Below, one piece after another: positions 52,069 through 62,298 of a stretch of 64,000 nt of DNA. The stretch is from contig CAVPNL010000009.1 of the NCBI GenBank assembly GCA_963706575.1, forward strand, positions 1 to 64,000, read 5' to 3'. Origin of the DNA: an uncultured delta proteobacterium. Lineage in GTDB: Bacteria; Desulfobacterota; Desulfobacteria; Desulfobacterales; JAHEIW01. The notes under the pieces were generated by a model, which worked only from the letters and a program-made list of their open reading frames with translations, was not told the DNA's origin and ran no database searches. The translations under genes and the position numbers were made by a program. The first letter of the stretch is position 1, and each line of letters begins with the position of its first letter.

Positions 52069-53451
52069 ATGGAGCGTAGTAAAATATTTAAACTCTTAAA
52101 ATCCGATCGCCCTATGGATCAGGTGCTGATAAAAGGATGGGTGCGCACCCGGCGCGATTCCAAGGGGTTTTCCTTCATCGAAGTCAACGACGGCTCCAGC
52201 CTGAAAAACATCCAGGTAGTGGCCGACGAAAAGCTGCCCAATTATGATGACATCAAAAAGCTGACCACCGGCTCGGCACTGGCTGTTGAGGGACAGCTCG
52301 TGAAATCCAAAGGGGGTGGGCAGAAATGGGAGATTCAGGCCGGCGGGGTGGAGGTCATTCACCTGGCCCCGGAAGACTTTCCGTTGCAGAAAAAACGCCA
52401 CACCGATGAATTTTTAAGAACCATCGCCCACCTGCGGCCCCGCACCAACAAATACGGTGCGGCCTTTCGCATCCGCTCCGAGATGGCCTACGGGGTTCAC
52501 AAATTCTTCCGGGACCGTGGTTTTCGTTATCTGCATTCACCGATTCTGACCGGTTCGGATTGTGAAGGCGCCGGGGAGCTGTTTCGGGTAACCACCCTGG
52601 ATTTGAACCATCCACCCCAAAAAGAAAGCAAAGCGGATTATCAGCAGGATTTTTTCGGCAAAGAAGCCAATCTGACAGTATCAGGGCAATTGTCGGCTGA
52701 GATGTTTGCCCTGGCCCTGGGAGATGTCTACACCTTCGGGCCCACCTTCCGGGCGGAAAATTCTAATACCCGACGCCATGCTGCCGAGTTCTGGATGGTG
52801 GAACCGGAGATGGCCTTCTGTGACCTTGAAGGCAATATGGACCTGGGCGAAGCACTCATTCGAGAGTTGACCACTTATGCCATGGACGAGTGCGTCGAAG
52901 ATCTGGAGCTGTTTGCCAGATGGGTGGATAAAACCCTGATGGCCACGCTGGAAAACATTGCGCAGTCCGACTACATCCGTCTGCCTTACCGCGAGGCCGT
53001 GGATATCTTGAATCAGTCCGGCAAAAAATTTGAGTATCCGGTCAACTTCGGCAATGATTTGCAGACCGAACATGAACGCTTTCTGACCGAAGATCACTTT
53101 AAAAAGCCCGTCATTGTCTATGACTATCCCAAATCCATCAAGCCTTTTTATATGCGGGTTAATGAAGATGAAGAGACGGTTGCCGCTATGGATGTTCTGG
53201 TGCCGCGTATCGGTGAGATTATCGGCGGCAGTCAGCGTGAGGAACGCCTGGATGTACTGGAAGCCCGTATTGACGAAATGAAAATGGACAGAGCCCCTCT
53301 GTGGTGGTATCTGGACGCCCGCCGCTACGGCAGCGTACCCCACAGCGGCTTTGGTTTGGGCTTTGAGCGCTTTTTGATGATGATCACCGGCATCCGCAAC
53401 ATCCGGGACGTGATCCCATTTCCGAGGACGCCCAACAACATCGATTTTTAA
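52069..53451 (+). CDS. asnS: Asparagine--tRNA ligase
   Basis: HLRPRTN, LTVSGQL, FRAENSNT, GGSQREER and GFGLGFER. Confidence 0.97.
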   Translation: MERSKIFKLLKSDRPMDQVLIKGWVRTRRDSKGFSFIEVNDGSSLKNIQVVADEKLPNYDDIKKLTTGSALAVEGQLVKSKGGGQKWEIQAGGVEVIHLAPEDFPLQKKRHTDEFLRTIAHLRPRTNKYGAAFRIRSEMAYGVHKFFRDRGFRYLHSPILTGSDCEGAGELFRVTTLDLNHPPQKESKADYQQDFFGKEANLTVSGQLSAEMFALALGDVYTFGPTFRAENSNTRRHAAEFWMVEPEMAFCDLEGNMDLGEALIRELTTYAMDECVEDLELFARWVDKTLMATLENIAQSDYIRLPYREAVDILNQSGKKFEYPVNFGNDLQTEHERFLTEDHFKKPVIVYDYPKSIKPFYMRVNEDEETVAAMDVLVPRIGEIIGGSQREERLDVLEARIDEMKMDRAPLWWYLDARRYGSVPHSGFGLGFERFLMMITGIRNIRDVIPFPRTPNNIDF

Positions 53452-53603
53452 TCTGAAGAATTTTTCACACTCAACTCAAATGGATTAAAATGCAGCACGC
53501 GGAATGGTCTCCGGTGTTGAATGTTTTGTAAGCGTTTGACTTCTTTAAAGAAAAAAGGGTAAAATATGATTGGAAACCGAATCTTAAAGAAAGGCCCTTT
53601 GCA

Positions 53604-54101
53604 ATGAGCAATATAGAGCGTGGAAAACTGATTCTCAAAGAAGTGCCGGCCGGAGAAGTCGAAAAAAAAGTCGTTATGCTGCTTTCGAAATTTGCAAAAA
53701 GTGCTTCCATTGAGGAGTTAACGCAAAAGGTCAGAAATACACCCTACGCGCTCAGCAATGATATTGCGGCTGAAAAGGCCGTATTGATCCTGGAAGCATT
53801 TCAAAAATTCGGTGCAACGGCCGTGTTTATACCCCATATGACTGAAAAGCCGGCAACCGAACCGGTTACGCCTGTCAAAATGGAATCAGAGCCCCGCTTT
53901 ACATTTGACCCTCGACCGGATTTTGAAGAAGAGCCCCCTCCCGTTAAACCGGCAGCTAAAAAGAACGGCAGCCGTCGGTTGACAGTTATTTTGGTCACCA
54001 TTTTGCTGCTGCTGTCATTGGGCTATCTCGCCTGGCAGCTCCGGCCGGTCCTGGAAGATAAGGTCATTGAATTGTGGTCCTATCTCAAGCAACTCCTCTA
54101 A
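53604..54101 (+). CDS. Hypothetical protein with a Pro-rich linker and C-terminal TM helix
   Basis: 165-aa ORF with a hydrophobic segment near the C-terminus. Confidence 0.7.
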   Translation: MSNIERGKLILKEVPAGEVEKKVVMLLSKFAKSASIEELTQKVRNTPYALSNDIAAEKAVLILEAFQKFGATAVFIPHMTEKPATEPVTPVKMESEPRFTFDPRPDFEEEPPPVKPAAKKNGSRRLTVILVTILLLLSLGYLAWQLRPVLEDKVIELWSYLKQLL

Positions 54102-54105
54102 AAGC

Positions 54106-54238
54106 AAGTGAGCTAAAGTTAGAAATGATCTAAAGTGCCTAAAGTTGATGAATCCTATCAATTTTATAAAAGATGGAGCGCAGCGACACCTTAACTTTAG
54201 GCACTTCCAACTTTAGTTCACTTTAGTCACGTTTTTAT
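54106..54238. repeat. Dispersed ~130-bp palindromic element, copy 2 (inverted relative to 41704-41834)
   Basis: Manual alignment gives about 9 mismatches over about 101 ungapped bp. Confidence 0.85.
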
Positions 54239-54311
54239 GGTGCCATTGGAAACGGTCTACGATTTTTGAGGGATTTGTTAAAACAAAAGATAGGATACAA
54301 GCAATAAGGGA

Positions 54312-54701
54312 TTATTTCTTGTGATGGTTTTCGATTTGCACTAAACCATCTTGCAGATCCGGAACATTAAAATTCACCAACAGGCCCCGGTTCAGGCCGG
54401 ATAGTTTCAGGAAAGCCAGAAGCTGCGATTTGTGTATGGATTCAATTTTTTCACAGAATTTTAATTCCACAATCACCGAATCCTCAACCACCAGATTCAT
54501 CCTGTAGCCGCAGTCCAGGATGCGGCCTTTATAATTTTGCTGCACCGGCAGCGGTTTCTGCCGTTCAAAGGACAACTCCCGCTGGTTAAGCTCATAACAG
54601 AGGCATTCTTCATATTCAGCTTTATGCAGCCCCGGCCCCGAGGCGCGATGAACCTCTTTGGCAGCGGATATTATTTTCTCGGTCAATTGATCCGTATTCA
54701 T
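54312..54701 (-). CDS. GxxExxY family protein (PD-(D/E)XK-like fold) with degenerate motifs
   Basis: LTEKIISAAKEVHR.SGPGL...YEECL, VIVELK, QLLAFLKLS and GLLVNF. Confidence 0.88.
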   Translation of the reverse strand: MNTDQLTEKIISAAKEVHRASGPGLHKAEYEECLCYELNQRELSFERQKPLPVQQNYKGRILDCGYRMNLVVEDSVIVELKFCEKIESIHKSQLLAFLKLSGLNRGLLVNFNVPDLQDGLVQIENHHKK

Positions 54702-54939
54702 GGATATGGCTTCTCCGGTAAGGCGGTCAGATGATTCTGCGTTTCAGCTAGTTGATACTAAAACCACATCCAATATTCAAGTGACAAATACAATTTAGGT
54801 AAAAGTTATGTAAAAGGTGCCCGGCCCATCTTGACTGCCGGGTTGGTTCTTTATAAAATTTTAGCATAAACATATTTGAGATAGGTTCTACCAAGTTCAT
54901 ACGATTTACATTTCAGCGCATTTTCTGGGAGCACCGTCT

Positions 54940-57900
54940 ATGAAATTAAAAAATTTTATTTTTCTAATCGCCGCAATCTTACTGCTGACCGCATCTGCCG
55001 GGGCTGAAGATGCTGCCCACCTTCAAATTCGCGGGCAGGCGCAAAAGGCTTACACCAATGGCAACTGGAAAGATGCGTTTGACCTGTATCGCCAGCTGAG
55101 CCTGGAAATACAAAACGACCCCAAAAGAATCGGTAAAGATTTTACCCAGGCCTGGCAATGTCTGCGCCAGCTAAATCGATTAAGTGAACTGGACGCATTC
55201 CGCGAAAACGTCATTCAGCGCCACGCCGACAACTGGCGCCTGATGCAGGATGCCGCCCGCAGCTACAGCCAGAACGACCACGGGGGATATATGGTGGCCG
55301 GTGAATTCCACCGCGGCCATCACCGCGGCGGCGGCAAATATGTCAACGCCATTGCCCGTGATCGCGTTCGCGCCCTGCAGCTGGTGAAGCAGTCCATGGA
55401 ACCGGCGGAAAAAGATCCGGCAAAATCAGAGGTCGCTCAATTTTACCTGCAGTTTGCCGGCCTTATTCAGCAGCACCGCGGCGCCAACCAAGCCTGGCGG
55501 CTGCAGTATCTGACCGATCTCACCCGGCTGCCGGACTATGAGCCCGGATACGGCTATGAATATGACCAGCGCACCCAGGGGGCACCGGTGGATGATGCGG
55601 GCCAACCCGTGTATCATGAACTTCCAGAAAGCTTTGAAACCGCTGCTTCAGACGGGGAACGCTGGCGCTGGCTGCTGGCAAGAGCCGCACAACTTAATTC
55701 AGGGCTGAATTCTTATGTGGACTATACCTGGGCTGCCTTTTTGCATCAGCAATTTGGTGTCCAGACGCTGGTCAATTATGGCGCCCTATACGGCCGCAGG
55801 CGTCCGCTGGATAAAGAAGATAAAGAAAAAGATCAAAGCAGCCCCTATGAAGTGCACACCTTAACCGATCAAGAAACTATCGCCAAACTGGCGGTGGGGG
55901 TACGGCGCTTTGATCTGCCCCGGGAATATAACTTTATTCAGATGTTCAAAGCCATGCTTGAGGACACCATCGGCGGTTATGCCGGTAATGCCGCTCAAAC
56001 GCTGGCGCAAATTTATGAAAACCGCAGACAATATGACCGGGCCGTCAACTACTGGAAAATTTATGAAACGTATAACCGGTCCGTCGCCCGGCAGCGTATC
56101 GACCAGATCACCAAAAACTGGGGAGTATTTGAACCCGCCGGTATTCAGCCGGCGGGCACAGCCCCCGGCGTTGAATACCGATTCCGCAACGCCCGTCAGG
56201 TGGAATTTGTCGCCTACCGCATCCGGGTCAACCGCCTTCTTGCGGATGTCAAAGCTTATATCCGCTCCCAACCCCGCAGACTGGACTGGCAAAAAGTAAA
56301 CCTGAACAATATCGGCTGGCGCATCGTGCACGAAAATCAAACCCGCTATGTCGGCCAGCAGGTCGCATCCTGGCAAATGGCGCTTGACCCCGACAAGCAC
56401 CACTGGGATCGCCACGTGACGGTCAAATTCCCCGATGCCCTCAAAGCTGCCGGGTCTTATCTGGTGGTGGCCAGGATGCCGCAAGGCAACAGCGCCCGCA
56501 TCGTCATCTGGGTGGCCGACACGGTAATCGTTAAAAAACCACTTAAACAAAAAATGCTCTACTACGTGGCCGATGCGGTCAGCGGCAGAGCCCTTTCGGG
56601 GGTGGAAATTGATTTTTTCGGCTACCGCACCGAGCGCATTAAAGGAACCCAGCGTCATCGCGTGATTCACAAGCATTTAAAGAAGCAAACCGGTTCAGAC
56701 GGCCTGGTGGTGATCAATCCGGCCGATATGTCCCAGCAAATGTCCTGGCTGGCCACCGTGGCCGATGGTGAAGGCCGTCTGGCCTTTCTGGGTTTTACCA
56801 ATGTCTGGTATCCCAATTACTACGACACCGAATACAATCAGACCAAAACCCTGATTATGACCGACCGCCCTGTTTATCGACCGGCTCAGACCGTCAAGTT
56901 TAAGGCCTGGGTGCGCCATGCCAAATACGACCAAGAAGACACCTCAAGCTTTGCCGGCCGGCGTTTTACAGTACACATCCACAACCCCAAAAATGAACAG
57001 ATTTATTCCCAAACACTGACGGCCGATGCTTACGGCGGTATCGAAGGCGAATTTAAGCTGGTTGCCGAAGCCGCTCTGGGCGTCTACCGCATCTCCCATG
57101 GAGGCGGCAGCGTTTACGGCGGCCAGACCTTCCGGGTGGAAGAGTACAAAAAACCCGAATTTGAAGTCCTCGTGGAAGCCCCGGCGGAGCCGGTCATGCT
57201 GGGCGAAAAGATCACGGCTAAGATCAAAGCCGCCTATTACTTCGGCTCTGCGGTAACTGAAGCCACGGTGACGTATAAAGTGCTGCGCAGCGAGCACGAC
57301 AGTCGCTGGTATCCGTCCTTTTACTGGGACTGGTTTTACGGTCCCGGTTACTGGTGGTATGCCTATGACTATCCCTGGTACCCGGGATGGGAAAACTGGG
57401 GCTGCCTGCGGCCCGTCTGGTCCTGGTGGCAGCACTGGCCGCGCCAGCAGCCCGAAATTGTGGCCGACGGCGAAGTTAAAATCGGCAAAGACGGCACGGT
57501 TAACATTACTATCGATACCGCACTGGCCAAACTCATCCATGGCGACAGTGATCACCGCTATACCATCAAAGCCGAAGTCCGCGATCAGTCCCGGCGCACG
57601 ATTGTCGGGCAGGGAGACGTGCTGGCAGCCCGCAAGCCTTTTAAAGTGTATGCCTGGCTGGAGGGCGGCCATTACCGGGTCGGCCATACCATTAAGGCCA
57701 GTTTCAAAGCCCAGACATTGGATCAAAAACCGGTCCGCGGTCAGGGTCAACTGAAATTGATGCGCATCACCTATCAAAACAACAAACCGCAAGAAACGCA
57801 GGTTGCTCGATGGCCTTTAAATACCGACGCCGAAGGCCACGCCGCTCTGCAAATCCAGGCCTCCCGCCCAGGACAATACCGGCTCTCCTACACCGTCACC

Positions 57901-60900
57901 GATGCCAAAAATCATTCCATTGAAGGCGGCTATATTTTTACCGTGCGCGGCCAAGGCGATGACGGTGCCGCATACCGTTTTGCCAGAATCGAGCTGATCA
58001 CCGATAAGGCCGAATATGCGCCCGGAGACACCGTGCGGCTGCAGGTCAATACCGACCGCCAGGGCGCTGCAGTGTTGCTGTTCGTGCGCCCGGTCAACGG
58101 AGTTTACCTGCCGCCCAAAGTACTGCCCATGAGCGGAAAGAGCGCTCTGGAAGAAATACGGATTTCAAAAAGAGATATGCCCAATTTTTTTGTGGAAGCG
58201 GTCACGGTGTACGACGGCAAGGTGCACAGTGACATCCGTGAAGTTGTGGTCCCGCCTGAAAAGCGGGTCCTCAACGTTAAGGTCACCCCTTCCAAAACAG
58301 ACTATCGTCCCGGACAAAAAGCCAGGCTCAACCTGGAGCTGACGGATTTTTACGGCGAACCCTTTCAGGGATCCACCGTGATCAGTGTCTATGACCGTGC
58401 GGTGGAATATATTTCCGGCGGTTCCAACGTTCCGGAAATCAGAAGCTTTTTCTGGAAGTGGCGGCGGCATCATCGACTAAACCAGCAGTCCAATCTGGCA
58501 CGCTGGTTTTATAACCTCTTAAAGAAAAACGAAATTCCCATGAAAAATATCGGGGCCTTCGGGCATCTGATGGTGCCGACGGCCCCCGGCAAGGGGCAGT
58601 CGCTGGAAGCGAAAAAAGCCCGGCCCCAGGTTGCGGCCGAAGCCGGTGCGGCCAGGGCCCCGTCACCGGCCGAGGCCGATGAATCCAGCCCGGCTGTTCA
58701 GCTCAAAAAAGATGCTGTCGACCTGTTTGGCGACAAGGAACGCCAGGCCGGAAAACCTGAAGATCTGGTCCAGCCCAGCGTACGCACGCAATTTGCCGAC
58801 ACAGCCTTCTGGTCGGGAAGTATAACCACAGACTCGGAAGGTAAAGCTGTGGTGGAATTCAGCATGCCCGAAAACCTGACCGGCTGGAAGGTGAACGTCT
58901 GGGCCATGGGCCATGGAACCAAGGTCGGCGAGGGTCGTGCCGATGTGGTCACGCGCAAGGATCTGATCGTGCGCCTGCAGGCACCCCGGTTTTTTGTGGA
59001 AACCGATGAGGTCGTGCTTTCGGCCAACGTTCATAATTACTTAAAAAACCGCAAGACCGCTAAAGTCCTGCTGGAGCTTGACGGTGGCTGTCTGGCACTG
59101 ATCAAAGGCCAGAAACAAACACGAACGGTCTCGGTTGACGCGAACGGCGAAAAGCGGGTGGACTGGCGCGTTAAGGTACTAAAAGAAGGTGAAGCGGTGG
59201 TTCGCATGAAAGCCTTGACCGATGAAGAATCCGATGCCATGCAGATGCGCTTTCCGGTTTACGTGCACGGGATGGTTAAGCAGGTGCCTAAATCCGGCGT
59301 TATCCGCGCCAACCAGACCCGGGCCCGGATCAAATTTAAAGTCCCGGCAGCACGGCGGGTGGCGCAATCCCGTCTGGAGCTGCGGTATTCACCGACGCTG
59401 GCCGGCGCCATGGTGGATGCCCTGCCATACCTGGTCAGCTACCCTTACGGCTGCACCGAGCAGACCTTAAATCGTTTCCTGCCGACGGTAATCACCCAGC
59501 AAACATTAAAGCGCATGGGTGTCAATTTGGCAGATATTGAAAACAAGCGGTCCAATCTCAATGCGCAGGAAATCGGTGACGATCAACAGCGCGCCGCACA
59601 ATGGCGCCGCTATGATCACAGCCCGGTATTTGACGAAGACGAGGTGGCGGCCATGGTCAGCGCCGGCGTCAAACGTCTGGCCGCCATGCAGCTCTCCGAC
59701 GGCGGCTGGGGCTGGTTCAGCGGTTATGGTGAACATTCCTATCCCCATACCACCGCTGTGGTCATCCATGGGCTGCAGATTGCCCGTGAAAACAAGGCAG
59801 CGATACCCGGCGGTGTGATCGAACGGGGCGTGCAGTGGCTCAAGGATTATCAGGCCAAAGAAATTGAGCGCCTGATTCTGTGGGACCGCACCAAAAAGAA
59901 AGGCAAATCCCGGGCCGATAACCTGGATGCCTTTGTCTACATGGTTTTGACCGATGAAGCCTTTGAAAATAAAAAAATGCGCGACTATCTATACCGCGAT
60001 CGTAATTCGCTGGCGGTCTATGCCAAGGCCATGTTCGGCATGGCCCTGGTCAAAGCCGAAGACAGCCCGAAACTTGCCATGATCATCAAAAACATCGAGC
60101 AATTTCTGGTGCGCGATGCTGAAAACCAGACCGCTTATCTGAATCTTCCCAACTCCAATTACTGGTGGTACTGGTACGGCTCCGAGTATGAAGCCCACGC
60201 TTACTATCTGAAGCTGTTGTCGCAAACGGATCCATCGGGTGAAACGGCATCCGGTCTGGTCAAGTATCTGCTCAACAACCGCAAGCACGCCACCTACTGG
60301 AACAGCACCCGCGATACAGCTGTGATCGTAGAAGCCTTTGCCGATTACCTGGCCGCCAGCGGCGAGGCCGCACCGGATCTGACCCTGGATATCTTTTTTA
60401 ACAATCAAAAAATGAAAACGGTTCGGATCACCGCCGAAAACCTGTTTACCTTTGACAACATATTCGTGCTCGAAGGCAAACAAATTCCTACCGGCAGCCA
60501 CACGATTACGCTTAAAAAATCCGGCAGGGGCCCTGTCTACTTTAATGCCTACCTGGATTATTTTACCCTGGAAGACTTTATCACCAAAGCGGGTCTGGAG
60601 ATCAAAGTGCAGCGCCGGGTTTTTCGTCTAAAGGAAATCGAAAAAAAGATTAAAGATGCCGGTTCCCACGGGCAGGTGGTAGACCGCAAGGTCGAAAGGT
60701 ACGAGCGCGAACTCCTTGAAAATATGGCGGTTTTAAAAAGCGGCGATCAGGTTGAAGTGGAGCTGGTGATTGAAAGCAAAAACGATTACGAATACCTGGT
60801 TTTTGAGGACATGAAAGCCGCCGGTTTCGAGCCGGTGGAGGTGCGCAGCGGTTATACCGGCAATGAAATGGGAGCGTACGTGGAGTTTCGCGACCAGAAG

Positions 60901-61068
60901 GTGGCCTTCTTTGTTCGCCGGCTGGCAAGGGGCAAACACAGCGTCAGCTACCGTTTGCGGGCGGAGATCCCGGGTAAATTCAGCGCGCTTCCCACCAGAG
61001 CATACGCCATGTACGCACCGGAACTCAAAGCCAATTCGGATGAGATTAAATTCATCATTAATGATTAG
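54940..61068 (+). CDS. Bacterial alpha-2-macroglobulin (MG2 domains)
   Basis: TDRPVYRP, VEEYKKPEF, RTQFADTAFW, thioester motif YPYGCTEQ and DGGWGW. Confidence 0.95.
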   Translation: MKLKNFIFLIAAILLLTASAGAEDAAHLQIRGQAQKAYTNGNWKDAFDLYRQLSLEIQNDPKRIGKDFTQAWQCLRQLNRLSELDAFRENVIQRHADNWRLMQDAARSYSQNDHGGYMVAGEFHRGHHRGGGKYVNAIARDRVRALQLVKQSMEPAEKDPAKSEVAQFYLQFAGLIQQHRGANQAWRLQYLTDLTRLPDYEPGYGYEYDQRTQGAPVDDAGQPVYHELPESFETAASDGERWRWLLARAAQLNSGLNSYVDYTWAAFLHQQFGVQTLVNYGALYGRRRPLDKEDKEKDQSSPYEVHTLTDQETIAKLAVGVRRFDLPREYNFIQMFKAMLEDTIGGYAGNAAQTLAQIYENRRQYDRAVNYWKIYETYNRSVARQRIDQITKNWGVFEPAGIQPAGTAPGVEYRFRNARQVEFVAYRIRVNRLLADVKAYIRSQPRRLDWQKVNLNNIGWRIVHENQTRYVGQQVASWQMALDPDKHHWDRHVTVKFPDALKAAGSYLVVARMPQGNSARIVIWVADTVIVKKPLKQKMLYYVADAVSGRALSGVEIDFFGYRTERIKGTQRHRVIHKHLKKQTGSDGLVVINPADMSQQMSWLATVADGEGRLAFLGFTNVWYPNYYDTEYNQTKTLIMTDRPVYRPAQTVKFKAWVRHAKYDQEDTSSFAGRRFTVHIHNPKNEQIYSQTLTADAYGGIEGEFKLVAEAALGVYRISHGGGSVYGGQTFRVEEYKKPEFEVLVEAPAEPVMLGEKITAKIKAAYYFGSAVTEATVTYKVLRSEHDSRWYPSFYWDWFYGPGYWWYAYDYPWYPGWENWGCLRPVWSWWQHWPRQQPEIVADGEVKIGKDGTVNITIDTALAKLIHGDSDHRYTIKAEVRDQSRRTIVGQGDVLAARKPFKVYAWLEGGHYRVGHTIKASFKAQTLDQKPVRGQGQLKLMRITYQNNKPQETQVARWPLNTDAEGHAALQIQASRPGQYRLSYTVTDAKNHSIEGGYIFTVRGQGDDGAAYRFARIELITDKAEYAPGDTVRLQVNTDRQGAAVLLFVRPVNGVYLPPKVLPMSGKSALEEIRISKRDMPNFFVEAVTVYDGKVHSDIREVVVPPEKRVLNVKVTPSKTDYRPGQKARLNLELTDFYGEPFQGSTVISVYDRAVEYISGGSNVPEIRSFFWKWRRHHRLNQQSNLARWFYNLLKKNEIPMKNIGAFGHLMVPTAPGKGQSLEAKKARPQVAAEAGAARAPSPAEADESSPAVQLKKDAVDLFGDKERQAGKPEDLVQPSVRTQFADTAFWSGSITTDSEGKAVVEFSMPENLTGWKVNVWAMGHGTKVGEGRADVVTRKDLIVRLQAPRFFVETDEVVLSANVHNYLKNRKTAKVLLELDGGCLALIKGQKQTRTVSVDANGEKRVDWRVKVLKEGEAVVRMKALTDEESDAMQMRFPVYVHGMVKQVPKSGVIRANQTRARIKFKVPAARRVAQSRLELRYSPTLAGAMVDALPYLVSYPYGCTEQTLNRFLPTVITQQTLKRMGVNLADIENKRSNLNAQEIGDDQQRAAQWRRYDHSPVFDEDEVAAMVSAGVKRLAAMQLSDGGWGWFSGYGEHSYPHTTAVVIHGLQIARENKAAIPGGVIERGVQWLKDYQAKEIERLILWDRTKKKGKSRADNLDAFVYMVLTDEAFENKKMRDYLYRDRNSLAVYAKAMFGMALVKAEDSPKLAMIIKNIEQFLVRDAENQTAYLNLPNSNYWWYWYGSEYEAHAYYLKLLSQTDPSGETASGLVKYLLNNRKHATYWNSTRDTAVIVEAFADYLAASGEAAPDLTLDIFFNNQKMKTVRITAENLFTFDNIFVLEGKQIPTGSHTITLKKSGRGPVYFNAYLDYFTLEDFITKAGLEIKVQRRVFRLKEIEKKIKDAGSHGQVVDRKVERYERELLENMAVLKSGDQVEVELVIESKNDYEYLVFEDMKAAGFEPVEVRSGYTGNEMGAYVEFRDQKVAFFVRRLARGKHSVSYRLRAEIPGKFSALPTRAYAMYAPELKANSDEIKFIIND

Positions 61069-61403
61069 AAGCGAGGCAGGTGCAGTTCATCTATATGGTG
61101 CTTATTTTGCTTGACAAAGTGATGCACATACGGCGGAACCGCACTTTGGTTTAAATAGTTCTTAAAATCCGCATCGATTTTTTCTTTGGAAACGGTGGCA
61201 ACCGGCCAGTCCTCGGCAGATTTGCAAAAGACATCATATTCGCTGTGCCCGGTTACACGCGAGATTTTGTAAAGATAAAATTCCATTGAGTCCTGGTGTT
61301 TGCGTATCTGTCGGTTGTTTAATTTATGCAGGCCCACAATTGCCAAACCCACCAGGATAGCGATACACACGTTGCCGATTCCATTAACAAATTGATCAAA
61401 CAT
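61065..61403 (-). CDS. Hypothetical single-TM protein
   Basis: AGGAG upstream of ATG 61403; N-terminal hydrophobic helix. Confidence 0.7.
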   Translation of the reverse strand: MFDQFVNGIGNVCIAILVGLAIVGLHKLNNRQIRKHQDSMEFYLYKISRVTGHSEYDVFCKSAEDWPVATVSKEKIDADFKNYLNQSAVPPYVHHFVKQNKHHIDELHLPRF

Positions 61404-61999
61404 GGTATTTACTCCTAAAACGCTCTCCTCCATAGTATATATCGGCACTTTCGCTCATACTCTTTAAATTTTTGACAGGCATAATTCCGGTAGACAGCCG
61501 GATTATCGATTACAGGACGGGCGGCAGCGAAAATCTCAAAATTAAACAGTAATCACTAAATTAAGAATGGCGTTTTTTTGTGAATAATTGCGGATTTTCA
61601 GGATGGAAAAATCACAGGTTGGCAGGATTAGATAAAGGTCTAAAAAGAGCGGACGCCCATATTTTTTAGGCTGTTTAAACAACAGCATAATCGTATGCGC
61701 GTATGGGCGTTTGTTAGGGGGGGGGTTGCATCGTTTTTGAAAAGGAGGGAGATAAACTTTCCACAATAAGGTGACAAAAGCAGAAATATAAAAGAACCCA
61801 AAATAAAATACAAGGCGTCGGCTTCCAATTATAACCTTTCCTCTAACAGGAAAGTTTATCCCCCTGTCAACATGCCGCCTCGCACCTTAATAACCTGCTT
61901 TTAAGAGAAAATTCGCTTTGCTAAAATAAAATGCAGGCCAGCATGATATGACATTGTCTAACAGAAAAAAAGGTCCGATACAATAAAAATATTATGGTA

Positions 62000-62048
62000 T
62001 TTTCCAATATTTACAATATTTTACAGCATTTTACAGCATTTTACAGTT
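62000..62048 (+). repeat. Direct-repeat array 1, TTTTACA at ~10-bp period
   Basis: ttttccaata tttacaata ttttacagca ttttacagca ttttacagtt. Confidence 0.8.
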
Positions 62049-62250
62049 GCGGGGTGAAAAACTGCAAAAAAAAGAAAACTTGTCAATAACAGAAAAATCA
62101 CAAAGGGACATCCGGCATGGATGCCCCTTTTGGGTTTTTTGTTGTCGGGCAATCTCAGCGCAAGGCGATTGCTATCGATTTAGATTGCCTGAACCATTAA
62201 ATAATAGCAGATCAAAATCTTTTGCAACAGACTGATAAATTCAGTTCAAT

Positions 62251-62298
62251 TTTGACTGTATTTTACAACATTTTACTCGATTTTACAGTATTTTACAC
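62251..62298 (+). repeat. Direct-repeat array 2, TTTTAC at 10-bp period
   Basis: tttgactgta ttttacaaca ttttactcga ttttacagta ttttacac. Confidence 0.8.

Noticed and set aside
41704..54238. The two inverted elements as ends of one 12.5-kb composite transposon
   Set aside because: The enclosed DNA includes asnS and a Do protease and has no transposase, so independent insertions are simpler.
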